A DNA stretch of 64,000 nucleotides from Candidatus Moraniibacteriota bacterium (GTDB taxonomy: Bacteria; Patescibacteriota; Minisyncoccia; Moranbacterales; UBA9337): NCBI GenBank assembly GCA_038331135.1, contig JBBQOS010000001.1, positions 9,140 to 73,139 on the forward strand, given 5' to 3'. The position numbers and the translations under genes were made by a program. The number at the start of each line of letters is the position of its first letter. Positions within the stretch are counted from its first letter, which is position 1. Below the pieces are notes generated by a model that did no database searches, was not told the DNA's origin, and saw nothing but the letters and a program-made list of their open reading frames with translations. Below, piece by piece: positions 10,462 to 21,262 of the stretch.

Positions 10462-11541
10462 ATGATAAACAAAATTGAAAGCATAAAAAAAGAATATTTA
10501 AATCTGCAAATTGAATTAAATTCTTCAGAAATTTCATCCAATCCATCCAAAATGGCTAAGTTGGGCAAGCGTCAATCTGAGTTGGAAAAAACGATAACTC
10601 TTATTAATCGTTTAGAATCTATAGAAAAAGAACTCAAAGAAAACGGAGAAATAATCAACTCTCACGAAGATGAAGAAATGACCGTTATGGCTATCGAGGC
10701 TAATTCAATTTTGCACAAAGAAAAAGAAGATTTAGAAAAAAAATTAGAATACCATCTTTTACCCAAAGATCCTAACGACTTCAAAGATGTTATTATCGAA
10801 ATTCGAGGCGGTGCGGGCGGTGATGAAGCCAGTCTTTTTGCAGCTACTCTTTTTAAGATGTACTCCCGTTACGCCGAAAATAATCATTGGAAAATATCAA
10901 TCATAAGTTCAAATACTACTGAAATGGGAGGCTACAAAGAAATTATTTTTACTCTTTCATCTTCAGATAATGAAAATCCTGTTTTTAGAAAAATGAAATA
11001 TGAATCGGGTGTGCATCGCGTGCAAAGAATTCCTGAAACTGAAAAATCCGGACGAATCCATACCTCTACGATAACTGTAGCAGTTTTACCCGAAGCTGAA
11101 GAAGTTGATATTAAAATTGATGCCAAGGATTTACGTATCGATACTTTTGCCTCATCGGGTCCTGGCGGTCAAAGTGTTAATACCACTATGAGCGCGGTTC
11201 GAATCACCCATATTCCAACTGGCATCGTAGCCTCTTGCCAGGATGCCAAATCTCAGCACAAAAATAAAGATCAGGCTATGAAAGTTTTGCGTTCTAGAGT
11301 AGTCCAAGTCCAATTGGATGAAGAATCTAAAAAATTAGGCGATGCGCGACTGAGCCAAATCGGAACTGGCGACCGCAGTGAAAAAATCAGAACCTACAAT
11401 TTTCCTCAAGATAGAATTACTGATCACCGCATCAAAGTTTCGTGGAGTAATATGGAAAATATTTTAGACGGAAACATCGATGAAATTATAAAAACTCTTC
11501 AGGAAGAAGATATCAAAAAGAAATTAGATAAGCAGTCATGA
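10462..11541 (+). CDS. prfA: peptide chain release factor 1
   Basis: It has the PET variant of the PxT motif (RIPETEKSGRIHTS) and the GGQ motif (SSGPGGQSVNTT). Confidence 0.92.
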   Translation: MINKIESIKKEYLNLQIELNSSEISSNPSKMAKLGKRQSELEKTITLINRLESIEKELKENGEIINSHEDEEMTVMAIEANSILHKEKEDLEKKLEYHLLPKDPNDFKDVIIEIRGGAGGDEASLFAATLFKMYSRYAENNHWKISIISSNTTEMGGYKEIIFTLSSSDNENPVFRKMKYESGVHRVQRIPETEKSGRIHTSTITVAVLPEAEEVDIKIDAKDLRIDTFASSGPGGQSVNTTMSAVRITHIPTGIVASCQDAKSQHKNKDQAMKVLRSRVVQVQLDEESKKLGDARLSQIGTGDRSEKIRTYNFPQDRITDHRIKVSWSNMENILDGNIDEIIKTLQEEDIKKKLDKQS

Positions 11542-11687
11542 AAATAAATAAGTATTGATGGAATGAATTATGTATTATGCTGAATATTTAAGCACTTTCA
11601 TTTAAAAATGGCTCAGTCTCTTTTACTTTTTAGATTGCGCCTCTAGATGAACAACCTGGTCAATTTTAAAAACCCCAAGCATATTTT

Positions 11688-12752
11688 ATGCCATTTGTCA
11701 AGAGTACCATTATAACAATTAAATCTTTTTATAAAAATAAAATAGATTCTTTTGATCTAGATCTTTTAATTGCACACGTGCTAAAAAAAGAAAGGGAGTT
11801 TATTTTAATTCATCCGGAACATATACTAACCAGCAATCAGCAATCAATAATCGGTGCAATGATTGATAGACGCCTTAAAAACGAGCCTCTGGCTTATATT
11901 TTGGGAGAAAAAGAGTTTTATAGCTTAAACTTCAAAATCAACCGCCACACCCTCATTCCACGCCCCGAGACGGAGCTGATGGTGGAGATGGCACTCGAAA
12001 ACATTAAGGCACACAAGCATGAGCCCATTAAAACATTGAAACATAACAAAATAAAAACAACTTCCACCAATAATAATACTACCATTCATCAGTCATCAGT
12101 CATTGATGTTATAGATATTGGCACGGGTAGTGGAAATATTGTTATTTCGCTTGCACATAACATAAATTATGGAGCATATGCCATAGAACATGGGACATGG
12201 GACATGAAACAAAAAGAAATAAAAAAATACAAACTAAAAAACACAGATTGCAAAAATATAACATCTGTGAACTGTGCACCAAAAACTGTAAACTATTTTG
12301 CTACAGATATTTCTCTTGACGCTTTAAAAATTGCTAAACAAAATGCTAAACTCCACAACGTAAACAAAAAAATAAAATTCCTCCATGGAAATCTCCTGAG
12401 TCCGTTTCTTAAATCTAAAATTATAAATCATAAATCTTCCCTATTAATTTTGGCCAATCTTCCCTACCTCTCCAAGGATATCTATGATTCCTGTGCCGAC
12501 AATGTAAGAAAATACGAACCCAAATCCGCCCTTTACTCAGCTAATTGTGGTCTCGCCCACTACATTACTTTACTTCCTCAAATAAAATTGCTAGCTACGA
12601 GCTACAAACTACAAGCTACAATCTTAATGGAAATAAGTCCCGAACAAAAAAAGATTCTCCCACCTATAACAAAAAAAATTTTTCCTCAAGCCAAAATAGA
12701 ATTCAAAAAGGATCTAGCACAGAAATGGAGAGTTTGTAAGATTACAATTTAG
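11688..12752 (+). CDS. prmC: release-factor glutamine N5-methyltransferase (PrmC/HemK) with insertions
   Basis: It has LAYILGEKEFYSLNFKINRHTLIPRPETE, SAM motif DIGTGSGNI, and catalytic tetrapeptide NLPY in place of NPPY. It sits directly after prfA. Confidence 0.75.
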   Translation: MPFVKSTIITIKSFYKNKIDSFDLDLLIAHVLKKEREFILIHPEHILTSNQQSIIGAMIDRRLKNEPLAYILGEKEFYSLNFKINRHTLIPRPETELMVEMALENIKAHKHEPIKTLKHNKIKTTSTNNNTTIHQSSVIDVIDIGTGSGNIVISLAHNINYGAYAIEHGTWDMKQKEIKKYKLKNTDCKNITSVNCAPKTVNYFATDISLDALKIAKQNAKLHNVNKKIKFLHGNLLSPFLKSKIINHKSSLLILANLPYLSKDIYDSCADNVRKYEPKSALYSANCGLAHYITLLPQIKLLATSYKLQATILMEISPEQKKILPPITKKIFPQAKIEFKKDLAQKWRVCKITI

Positions 12753-12989
12753 GTCATCATTCAAAATTCATCAGTCTATCAGTGATAATTTTGAATCATC
12801 AAATAGTTAGTTGTTCCATAAAACTTGTATTTATCCCTCTCCCGTCTAAAATACCAGACATCCTCTCCCAAGTACGGGCGAAGAGGCTATTTATTATTTA
12901 TATTTTCCCTAATTGCTTAAACAAAAAACACCCCAAATCATCGGGATGTTTTTGTATCTTTAAAACCTAAAGGCTTCTAGTTAACGGGC

Positions 12990-14126
12990 CTATTTACTTT
13001 CTTTTACGGTTTCTACACTCTCAACTGATTTAGTAGGTTGTGTAACCTCTCCTCCATTTAATTCTGCATCAATTATAGCCTTTAGCTCTGTTACGCTTAC
13101 TGCTCCATTTTTAAATTTATCATTGATAAATAATGCTGGTGTTCCAGAAATACCAAAATCATTGGCTTCCTTTAAATCAGCCTCTATTTTACTTGCATAT
13201 TTTCCATCATTTAAACATTGAGTAAATTGAGCAGTGTTTATTTTTAATTGTGTAGCGTAACTTATAAACATTTTGTTATCTTTTGATTCTCCCCAAACCT
13301 TTTGGTTAGCAAAAAGTTTATCACCATATTCGATGAATTTTCCTTGCTCATTAGCGCATTCAGCTGCCATAGCGGCTGATTTGGCTTTTGGATGGATAGA
13401 TTCTAGGGGAAGATTCTTAAATACAAACTGAACTCTGTCTCCATATTCCTTAATTATCTCGTTCATAGTCTTTTGAAAAACTTGGCAATATGGACATTGA
13501 AAATCTGAAAATTCTACCAATTTAACTTTAGCATCATCTGGTCCAAACTTTATTACATTTTCTCCAATAGTTGGAGTTTGTAAATATTTACCTACAGGTA
13601 AGCCCGCCTTGGCTGAATCCATAAAATACTTGCCATTTTTTTCGATAAAAATAGTTTTGGCTTGCTCAAAAAGCTCAGTATCTTCTATTTCCTTACCAAA
13701 AACAAACGCTGGCAAAGATTTAATTCCAAATTCTTCAATCATTTTCTTTCCTTCCGCTGAAGAATAATCAATCTTATTGGAAAGCATAGTTGGCATAACC
13801 TTTCTCAAAGAAAGCATAACTTCATCTACGCTACAATTTTCACAGCTATCATCGTTAATAACCGCCACATCAATCATCGGCTCAGGATAAGCCACCCAAG
13901 TTTTTCCATCTAATTGAAAAACATCTTTATTGTTAAGAATTTTTTGAGATATTCCTCCACCTTTAATCAGTTGAGAAAAATCAACAAACAGACTTCCGAC
14001 AAAAAGACCAGCAATCAATATAACTAAAGAAGTTAGGTTTTTAATTTTTTTATTCTCATTATCTTTTTTATCTAAATTATTCATATTATTTTCATCCATT
14101 ATCTCGGTTTTGTTTTCTTCGCTCAT
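12990..14126 (-). CDS. membrane-anchored DsbA/thioredoxin-fold oxidoreductase (two thioredoxin-like modules)
   Basis: It has an N-terminal TM segment, CENC in the first module and the DsbA-like FSDFQCPYC in the second. Confidence 0.7.
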   Translation of the reverse strand: MSEENKTEIMDENNMNNLDKKDNENKKIKNLTSLVILIAGLFVGSLFVDFSQLIKGGGISQKILNNKDVFQLDGKTWVAYPEPMIDVAVINDDSCENCSVDEVMLSLRKVMPTMLSNKIDYSSAEGKKMIEEFGIKSLPAFVFGKEIEDTELFEQAKTIFIEKNGKYFMDSAKAGLPVGKYLQTPTIGENVIKFGPDDAKVKLVEFSDFQCPYCQVFQKTMNEIIKEYGDRVQFVFKNLPLESIHPKAKSAAMAAECANEQGKFIEYGDKLFANQKVWGESKDNKMFISYATQLKINTAQFTQCLNDGKYASKIEADLKEANDFGISGTPALFINDKFKNGAVSVTELKAIIDAELNGGEVTQPTKSVESVETVKESK

Positions 14127-14208
14127 AAAAATTTTACTACTGCTTAAGCGCCTCTAGGCACATGAGAATAGCCACCTTATTTAATTAAAATATTTTTAAA
14201 TTAATTTA

Positions 14209-14529
14209 TTACTCTCCTGCTTGAGGAGCGACCTCTTGATTCACTTGGGGCTGAGGTGCTTCTGATTGCTCTTTTTTCATTTTTTCCGTTACCTGTTTTT
14301 CTATTTCATCCAAGTCATATCCTTGAGTACCACCGCTCACCTTATAATCGCTAAAACCCATGCTAACCTTTTTTAATGCTTCCGCTTTTACCATTACTCC
14401 CAAAAGTAAGCCGATAATAAAAATTAAAATAATTTCTGTATGATAATTTTTATTTTTTATTTTCTTATCAGTAGTGCCAACCTCACTAATCTGAGCATCT
14501 TGAATATCATTTTTTTCTTGATCTTCCAT
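14209..14529 (-). CDS. hypothetical small membrane protein
   Basis: It has a single TM segment (IILIFIIGLLLGVMV). No family was recognised. Confidence 0.4.
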   Translation of the reverse strand: MEDQEKNDIQDAQISEVGTTDKKIKNKNYHTEIILIFIIGLLLGVMVKAEALKKVSMGFSDYKVSGGTQGYDLDEIEKQVTEKMKKEQSEAPQPQVNQEVAPQAGE

Positions 14530-14696
14530 ATTTTTTTTATATTAAGATATTATTCTCCTCAATATTTATTAAAGCCCATTAAGTATAGCAACTACATTAA
14601 ATACCGCAATATTGACAAGGCTTTTATTTTATTGCATTGAAAAATATACTACTTCAAGCTCTAGCCAACGCCAAATTATGCCCATAATTAGCCAGT

Positions 14697-14727
14697 TTGA
14701 CACGTTTTTTTTCAAAATTATTATAAT
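14697..14727 (+). promoter_or_regulatory. candidate sigma70-type promoter for csp with long 5' UTR
   Basis: TTGACA at 14697-14702 is followed by ATTATAAT 17-19 nt downstream. This leaves a roughly 140-nt leader before the csp ATG, as is typical for cold-shock mRNAs. Confidence 0.4.
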
Positions 14728-14873
14728 TTATTTTTAAAACTGTTGACAAAAAGCTTTAAATATGCAACTATTAATATAATCAGATCGGAACTGTAAGAAA
14801 AGCAAAGTCGAGTTTTATCAAACAGTCCATTAGATTTGAAAATTAATCAACAAGCTTTATCTTACAAAAAACG

Positions 14874-15074
14874 ATGAACAAAGGAAAAATTGCTCGTCTT
14901 ACTGATAAGGGATTTGGTTTTATATCACAAGATGGAGAAGAGAAAGATTTATTCTTTCATGCTTCTGAATTGCAAGGTGTAGAATTCAATGAACTTAAAG
15001 AAGGAGACGCAGTTACATTTGAAGTGAAAGAAGGTCCTAAGGGTCTTAACGCTACAAATGTTTCTCTAGCGTAA
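14874..15074 (+). CDS. cold-shock protein (CspA family)
   Basis: 66 aa. RNP1 is KGFGFI and the RNP2-like motif is LFFHAS. Confidence 0.9.
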   Translation: MNKGKIARLTDKGFGFISQDGEEKDLFFHASELQGVEFNELKEGDAVTFEVKEGPKGLNATNVSLA

Positions 15075-15088
15075 TACAAACAAACTTA

Positions 15089-15119
15089 AAAACATCTCAA
15101 TTTATTGAGATGTTTTTTT
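15089..15119 (+). terminator. rho-independent terminator after csp
   Basis: AACATCTCAA-TTTA-TTGAGATGTT is followed by TTTTT. Confidence 0.7.
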
Positions 15120-15180
15120 GTTTTAACAACCTTACTCTTTCTTTATTAAATTGCTAAAATACTATTGTGTTAATGAGGAA

Positions 15181-16335
15181 TTATTTCATTCCATCAATAA
15201 CACTTAAAAACTTTTTGGCTGATTTTGTCCAAGAAAATTTTTGAAGTTGCTTGAGTCTGCTAATTGAAAAACTTTCCGCAAAGTCTTTATCTAACAAAAA
15301 TTCTCTCGAGGCCAAGGCAATTTCATCGGGGCGATTAGCATCTACTAGCACCCCACCAGTGCCCACGGTCTCAACTAAAGAAGAATTATTAGCCGCCACT
15401 ACTGGCACCCCGCATTTCATTGCTTCCAATGGTGGTATTCCAAATCCCTCAAAAAAAGAAGGGTACACAAACAGCGAGGCTAGATTATAAACATAGAGTT
15501 TATCTTCGTTTTCTATAAATTTTATCCATCGAATGTCTTTGCTATATTTAGAATTTTTTATACTTTTTTTAATTTTATCAGATTTCCAACCTGCCGAACC
15601 AGCAATAACCAGCTTATATTTATCCAAATATTTATTTTCCTCGCTTCTTAAGATTTCATAAGCCTTAATGAGTCCTATAATATTTTTTCTGGGCTCAAAT
15701 GTTCCTAAAAAAAGGATAAACTTAAAGGGAAGCTTATATTTCTCTTTCACTTCTAATAATTTTGGATCATTTCTATTCAGTCTTTCGAGATTATCCGAAA
15801 CACCATTGTAAATAACTTCTATTTTATCGGGCCTAACTTTATAGTAATGTAACAAATCATCCCTAGTTGATTTAGAAACAGCCAAAATCTTATCCGCCCG
15901 ATTGATTAATCTCTTTGGATTAATAAAAACATGCCACATACGGCGCTTGAGTGAAAAAGACTCTGGAAAATATTCAAAAGAAAGATCATGTATTGTTAAA
16001 ATTAACTTACTTTTTCGAGAAAGAGCCACAAAATTCAAGTTAGGCATAAAAAAGACATCCACACCTCCCAAAAGTTTGTCTATTTTAGGCCAATTCAAAT
16101 ACCACAACAACAAGTTTAATATCTTGTTGGGAAAATTAAAAGTTTTTATAGTTACATTTTTATATTTTCTAGCCCAATTTAGATCTGGGTTAGCAGTTTT
16201 CCAAGAATTCAAAAAAAGGACATAACTATTTGCTTTGTCTTCCTTGAAAATTTTATCCAAAAGATTAATACTATATTCCTCTACCCCGGTTCTCCTACCT
16301 CCAGATAGACATCGGATGTCTATACCTATTTTCAT
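15181..16335 (-). CDS. glycosyltransferase family 4 (GT-B, group 1)
   Basis: It has a C-terminal EGFGIPPLEAMKCGVPVV motif. Confidence 0.8.
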   Translation of the reverse strand: MKIGIDIRCLSGGRRTGVEEYSINLLDKIFKEDKANSYVLFLNSWKTANPDLNWARKYKNVTIKTFNFPNKILNLLLWYLNWPKIDKLLGGVDVFFMPNLNFVALSRKSKLILTIHDLSFEYFPESFSLKRRMWHVFINPKRLINRADKILAVSKSTRDDLLHYYKVRPDKIEVIYNGVSDNLERLNRNDPKLLEVKEKYKLPFKFILFLGTFEPRKNIIGLIKAYEILRSEENKYLDKYKLVIAGSAGWKSDKIKKSIKNSKYSKDIRWIKFIENEDKLYVYNLASLFVYPSFFEGFGIPPLEAMKCGVPVVAANNSSLVETVGTGGVLVDANRPDEIALASREFLLDKDFAESFSISRLKQLQKFSWTKSAKKFLSVIDGMK

Positions 16336-16382
16336 ATATGATAATAATTATTTTTATAGCTATAAATTATATCACATTGTTC

Positions 16383-16967
16383 TTATTTTAGGTAGTGTCT
16401 TATCAGAACTGTCCAAAATCCTAAGAAAAACCCGATTACTAAGAGTATTCCTATTAACTTTATCCAAGACGGCTCATAATTATTTACGACTGGATAACTA
16501 ACTAATACTTTGAACCATTGGGGATTTTTTTGCTCTAAATTTAATTCAGCTATGTTTTTATTTAAAACTTCATTAATTGCTTGAGTTACTTGCTTGGCAT
16601 CTTCTTGATTGTAAATTAAAAATGAAACTTTAATCATTTGCGATGACAACCTCTCCGCTTTCAGTTTTTCAAATAAAATTCCGCTTACTTCTTTTGAAAT
16701 ATCATTTTTAATAACCACTGAGCCCAGCCAGCGTACCAAAGTATCAGCAAATCGCTCATCCGCCTGCAATCTATAGAACTCATCATATCGATAATCCGAA
16801 GTATCTTTTTGGTAACCCGTTCTAGTTACATTTAAATCTACTTCTGCTTTATATTTATTTTTAATTACCAACTGAAAAGATAATCCCACTACCAAAACAA
16901 CTCCCAAGGTAATAAAAAAAACTTGATAGTTGTCTTTAAACATTTTAAGATATTCTTTTAATTCCAT
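16383..16967 (-). CDS. possible polysaccharide chain-length determinant (Wzz-like) protein
   Basis: The topology (N- and C-terminal TM segments around a periplasmic domain) and the N-terminus ELKEYLKMFKDNYQVFFI resemble Wzz. It sits between glycosyltransferases. Confidence 0.4.
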   Translation of the reverse strand: MELKEYLKMFKDNYQVFFITLGVVLVVGLSFQLVIKNKYKAEVDLNVTRTGYQKDTSDYRYDEFYRLQADERFADTLVRWLGSVVIKNDISKEVSGILFEKLKAERLSSQMIKVSFLIYNQEDAKQVTQAINEVLNKNIAELNLEQKNPQWFKVLVSYPVVNNYEPSWIKLIGILLVIGFFLGFWTVLIRHYLK

Positions 16968-17196
16968 AATGGTGCCATTTTAGATTGATAATTATTATAA
17001 TTTATCATTCTTTAATTAGGAAATTAGATTAACCCACCTTAAAAATCACAAGCTCCAAGAAACAATTTCCAAACAATAACCAATAGCTAAGGCTAGAATA
17101 ACCAAACCATCTTCAGCTTATTTTTTAATTTGTCTGCATCTTTTTTTTAGAATTTGGAAATTTATTTCACGCGCAATGTATTATATTAAACACCGC

Positions 17197-18876
17197 TCAT
17201 TTATCCTTGGGTGTTACCCAAAATTCAGTAAAATATTTTTTAATCAAAATTCTGGTTTGAGAATCTATGGCCGGCATCGCCCCCAAAGTAGGCGCAATTA
17301 TTGGAATCAATAGCCACTGAAAAAACATATTCAAATACTTCCAGCGAGAATATTTAGCTGGTCGCTCTGGCATCAAAATAAAACTCAATGACATTGATAT
17401 AACCAATCCAAACATTGCCAAACTCATCAGTCCTCTAGTTATAAAGGGTAAATTATGTGCCAAGACGCTTTCATTAAATTCACTTCCGCCAAAAATAAGC
17501 GGCATCCAACCTAAGAAAGCAAGGATAAAAGGCGCAGTCGCCCAGGAATGATGACCCTCAAGCATCTCAAAAGCAATGCGAAATTTTTTAGATAGTTTAA
17601 TTTTTTTATTTTTCCAGATAGAGCGCATTATAATCGGAAAATTCTCAATTCCATAAGCCCAACGTCTTTTTTGAAAATATTGATTTTTAATTGTTTGCCA
17701 ATAAGTTTTAGCCAAAACTGCATCTAGAGAGATGGGTAAATAAATTGGAGTTACTCGATAATCTCCATTGTAAAAAGAAAAACATTTCCAATAAATTATT
17801 GAGTCTTCGCTGATCATATTAACAGGCCAAAAATCAACATTAACCAAAGTGGCAAAAGGCTCACTATGCGATGAAAATGTAACCATTTCTTTTCGCGTAC
17901 TTTGAAACATATGCCAAAAAGATGAGCTCGTCACAATCACTCTCACAAAGGCATTGGTATCCCATAAATTATTGTGATACATTGGAATCGGCTGGTAGGA
18001 TCTCTGTAATCGTTTGGGGTCAATTATATAGTTATAAGTAAGGGCGGCAAAATATTCACTATGACAGACACTATCGCAATCAAAATTAGAAAAAATCACT
18101 TTTTCCAGGTCAATTTCTCGTTCGTCCAGATACTTCTTAAGCTCTCTGGCGGCAAATGTAGCATTGGAAGCCTTGCACTTCATCTCACCATCAGCCACAA
18201 TATGAGTAGTCACAAGAAAATCACGGAAAACACCGTCAAATTTATTTCTTAAATAGTTCACTTTTTCCAATCTGGTTTCTTTGTTTTCCCGCTCCTCGGT
18301 AGCTAATAATAATATTATTTGTTTATTGGGAAAATTACTGTTTGCGATAGCCTTGATGGTAGGCTCTATGACACTAGCGGGCTCACCAGCCGTTGGAAGC
18401 ATTACGACGTGGATAATTTTTCTCCAATCAAGTATCTCGGAATCTCTTCCTTTTAATTTTGAAACCTCCGCACATTCCAGTTTTAATAATTTTATTTCTT
18501 TCCTTATTTTTCCTTTTTCAGAAAAAGGCATTTTTTCTGATAAAACTTTTTTCAGGTCGCCTATTTTTTCCGTTAGAATTTTTAAATAATTTTCTGGATC
18601 ACTAATGTTTTGACACCTTCTCCACCAGTCAGTATGCTTTCCTCTTACCAACTTTCGGTAAGCCGAGACTGAATAAGTGGATATAAAAATTGTTCTATGA
18701 ATCCAATAGATATCAAACATTATGACAAAAACCGCCACCCACACGGGCAGAAAAAAAGAAAAAATTGGCATTCCAATCAAAGTGGTCCAAGTTAAAATAC
18801 CTGGTATCACTTCAAGCGCTCTTTGTATCTTTTTATCTTTTTCTTCTTTGGGATATGGACTGGGAAAATAAAACAT
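17197..18876 (-). CDS. integral-membrane family 2 glycosyltransferase (synthase-like)
   Basis: It is multi-TM with a cytoplasmic GT-A-like core (VMLPTAGEP...SNFDCDS...QRRWAYG, a QxxRW-like motif). Confidence 0.65.
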   Translation of the reverse strand: MFYFPSPYPKEEKDKKIQRALEVIPGILTWTTLIGMPIFSFFLPVWVAVFVIMFDIYWIHRTIFISTYSVSAYRKLVRGKHTDWWRRCQNISDPENYLKILTEKIGDLKKVLSEKMPFSEKGKIRKEIKLLKLECAEVSKLKGRDSEILDWRKIIHVVMLPTAGEPASVIEPTIKAIANSNFPNKQIILLLATEERENKETRLEKVNYLRNKFDGVFRDFLVTTHIVADGEMKCKASNATFAARELKKYLDEREIDLEKVIFSNFDCDSVCHSEYFAALTYNYIIDPKRLQRSYQPIPMYHNNLWDTNAFVRVIVTSSSFWHMFQSTRKEMVTFSSHSEPFATLVNVDFWPVNMISEDSIIYWKCFSFYNGDYRVTPIYLPISLDAVLAKTYWQTIKNQYFQKRRWAYGIENFPIIMRSIWKNKKIKLSKKFRIAFEMLEGHHSWATAPFILAFLGWMPLIFGGSEFNESVLAHNLPFITRGLMSLAMFGLVISMSLSFILMPERPAKYSRWKYLNMFFQWLLIPIIAPTLGAMPAIDSQTRILIKKYFTEFWVTPKDK

Positions 18877-18925
18877 ATTTTAAAATCTATTTAAAATTTA
18901 AACACAGCTTAAATGCAAATTTTTA

Positions 18926-19282
18926 TTAAAAGTAATTTACTAGAATTAGTGATCCGCTAGCCACGCTTATTCCCAGCTGAATTATAAAGGTAGTCAGGGA
19001 TAAAATATGAGACAACATCCTTTCTTTTTTGGAAAAAAAATAAATTGCCAACACTAAATTAGTTAAGGCAAAAAATAACCCCACTGCAGGAATAAGAAAA
19101 ACTTGAGTACCTTCACCCATTAAATCCACCCCTAAATAAACATTATAGTGCAATATTATTAAATTATTTAATTTCTTTATAAAGTAAAAAAGAAATAAAA
19201 AATTTAAAATATTTATCAAAATAGAAGAGATAAACAAAATTAATAGTAGTTTATTTTTAAAAAATTCTTTTATATTATCCAT
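18926..19282 (-). CDS. hypothetical membrane protein
   Basis: It has three or four hydrophobic segments. No family was recognised. Confidence 0.4.
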   Translation of the reverse strand: MDNIKEFFKNKLLLILFISSILINILNFLFLFYFIKKLNNLIILHYNVYLGVDLMGEGTQVFLIPAVGLFFALTNLVLAIYFFSKKERMLSHILSLTTFIIQLGISVASGSLILVNYF

Positions 19283-19292
19283 CTTATTTAGA

Positions 19293-19901
19293 TTATTTTT
19301 TTAAAACAGAAACTGCCTGTTTTATTTTAGGCATTTTACTGAAAAAAATTTCATGTGGTTCTTTAAATATATTAATCAAGAACCTATCCAACATATTTAA
19401 CCGATAAGTCAATTCTTCTCCGGTTAAAAGCATATAGCGTATCTCTTTGCCGACTTCTGCTTCCAAATGATTGATGAGAGTTTTTAGTTTAGCTCTACTC
19501 GCATTATCCACCACCAACAAAAGATCCAGCTTTCCTTTGGCATAATTCATAAAAACACCTGTTGTTAAAACTAGCTTCACATCTCCAATTTTTTTAACAT
19601 TATTCAAACTACTGCATTGCGGAAAAATATCAGATTTTATAACTAACCTTTCAAGCTCTTGATAAAAAGGAAAAGTAATGTTGGTGTGGTAATATTTTTT
19701 TCCTTTCTTGCTTTTCTCTTTTACGAACCCAGCTCGCTTAAAAGCATTTAGTTCTTTTCGAGTTTCTGCTGAATTAAGAATATTTCTACTGACAATATCA
19801 GAGAAAGAATAATCTTGATTATTGTTCAAAATAAAAAAACGCATCATCCTTGCTCTTGATTTAGAGCCAAATAGTATTTCTAAAACTTGCACTGAAGACA
19901 T
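19293..19901 (-). CDS. hypothetical protein, possible winged-helix N-terminal domain
   Basis: There is a weak wHTH-like N-terminus (SRARMMRFFILNNNQDYSFSDIV). The assignment is uncertain. Confidence 0.35.
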   Translation of the reverse strand: MSSVQVLEILFGSKSRARMMRFFILNNNQDYSFSDIVSRNILNSAETRKELNAFKRAGFVKEKSKKGKKYYHTNITFPFYQELERLVIKSDIFPQCSSLNNVKKIGDVKLVLTTGVFMNYAKGKLDLLLVVDNASRAKLKTLINHLEAEVGKEIRYMLLTGEELTYRLNMLDRFLINIFKEPHEIFFSKMPKIKQAVSVLKK

Positions 19902-20115
19902 ATTTTATAAAATTAGTTAATTAAAATTTAAAAACTTACTCCAAGCTATAGTTTAATCCCAAAAAGCTAAAAAGTAAATATTTGGTAAAAAATGCCTAAA
20001 TCGAAAAAGCTCTCTAATTGAATTAAGTGAAATTATCATCCACCTTGAGATTTAGGCTCAAATTTAGGCCCCAGGGGCCATCTCAGACCCTTGGAGCATA
20101 AATTTCAGGAAACCT

Positions 20116-20613
20116 CTAAGTAGATTTATTCAAATCTTTGACCTGATAAAAATTCAAAAAATCATTAAGGGCTTCTTTTTGCTCCGATATCAAATTAAGC
20201 TTATCTATTTCATCCTTATTCAAATCCATCCATTGAAATAAAACTAAATTTTCTTTAGTTTTTATTTTACCACTTATGGTTCCGTAAAAATAAGACGCTT
20301 TTTTTATAAAATTATCCGAAATATTATAGAAATAAAGATTAAAATAAATGCACTCCCCCAATTCGCAATCCAAACAATCTTTTACTTTTTTCTTTATTAT
20401 ATCCCTTAAGTCATCATCTTCTTCTAGATTTCCAAAGGGGATTGTCCATTCTTCTTCTGCCTCATTTTCTTTCTCCTCTTTAATTTTTAGCACTGCTATC
20501 TTTCCATTATTTTCAACCTCCTCTGCTTTTTTCTCTTTGCACTGCTTAATAAGAAGAATTTTATTCTCCTCATTTAAAATAATAAAACCCACCGTACTAA
20601 TTAATTTAATCAT
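20116..20613 (-). CDS. hypothetical protein (possibly degenerate Nudix-like fold)
   Basis: The N-terminus GFIILNEENKILLIKQ resembles Nudix, but the Nudix box is not intact. Confidence 0.3.
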   Translation of the reverse strand: MIKLISTVGFIILNEENKILLIKQCKEKKAEEVENNGKIAVLKIKEEKENEAEEEWTIPFGNLEEDDDLRDIIKKKVKDCLDCELGECIYFNLYFYNISDNFIKKASYFYGTISGKIKTKENLVLFQWMDLNKDEIDKLNLISEQKEALNDFLNFYQVKDLNKST

Positions 20614-20642
20614 TTTAATAGAAATTATTTCTTAAAATTTAT

Positions 20643-21200
20643 CTAAACTGTTAGTATCTCTTGCTCTTTCTTTTCTCTCATGTCATCCACTTTTTTGTTA
20701 TAATCGTTAACTACTTCCTGTAATCTCTCCTTGCCTCTAAATTTGTCATCTTCTGCAATTTCTCCTGTTTTTTCTAGCTCCTGAATTTCTCGCCAAATAT
20801 CTTCACGAATATTTCTCACAGATATTTTAGCATCTTCTGCTTTTTTGTTTAAAATTTTCACCAAATCCAACCTTCTCTCCTCATTAAGAGCTGGTATGTT
20901 GATTCGAATAACGTCCCCGTCGCTGTTAGGAGTTAAATTTAAATCAGAAACTTTAATAGCAGCTGCGATATTTGCCACACTATCCTTACTCCAAGGCTGG
21001 ATAAGCAAAGTTCTCGGCTCAGGAACATTGATATTGGCCAATTGCTTTAACGGGGTTTTTGTTCCATAATAATCCACCAATAAATCTTCAATAATTGAAG
21101 GATTGGCTCGACCTGTTCGTATTTTTGACATTTCAAATTTAAAATGTTCAATCGCTCCATCTAACTCATTTTTTTTTCCTTCTATTATTTTTTTATACAT
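20643..21200 (-). CDS. frr: ribosome recycling factor
   Basis: The call rests on MSKIRTGRANPSIIEDLLVDYYGTKTPLKQLANI...RNIREDIWRE. I prefer the ATG at 21200 over the TTG-initiated track start at 21242. Confidence 0.9.
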   Translation of the reverse strand: MYKKIIEGKKNELDGAIEHFKFEMSKIRTGRANPSIIEDLLVDYYGTKTPLKQLANINVPEPRTLLIQPWSKDSVANIAAAIKVSDLNLTPNSDGDVIRINIPALNEERRLDLVKILNKKAEDAKISVRNIREDIWREIQELEKTGEIAEDDKFRGKERLQEVVNDYNKKVDDMREKKEQEILTV

Positions 21201-21262
21201 ATTATTTTTGATTTTCCTACTTATATTATTAATTTTAGACAAATAATAAAATTCACTTAGGT

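Noticed and set aside
12545-12970. Small plus-strand ORFs 12545..12739 and 12782..12970
   Set aside because: The first lies inside prmC in another frame. The second is low-complexity sequence in the prmC/dsbA-like intergenic region, with no SD or motifs.
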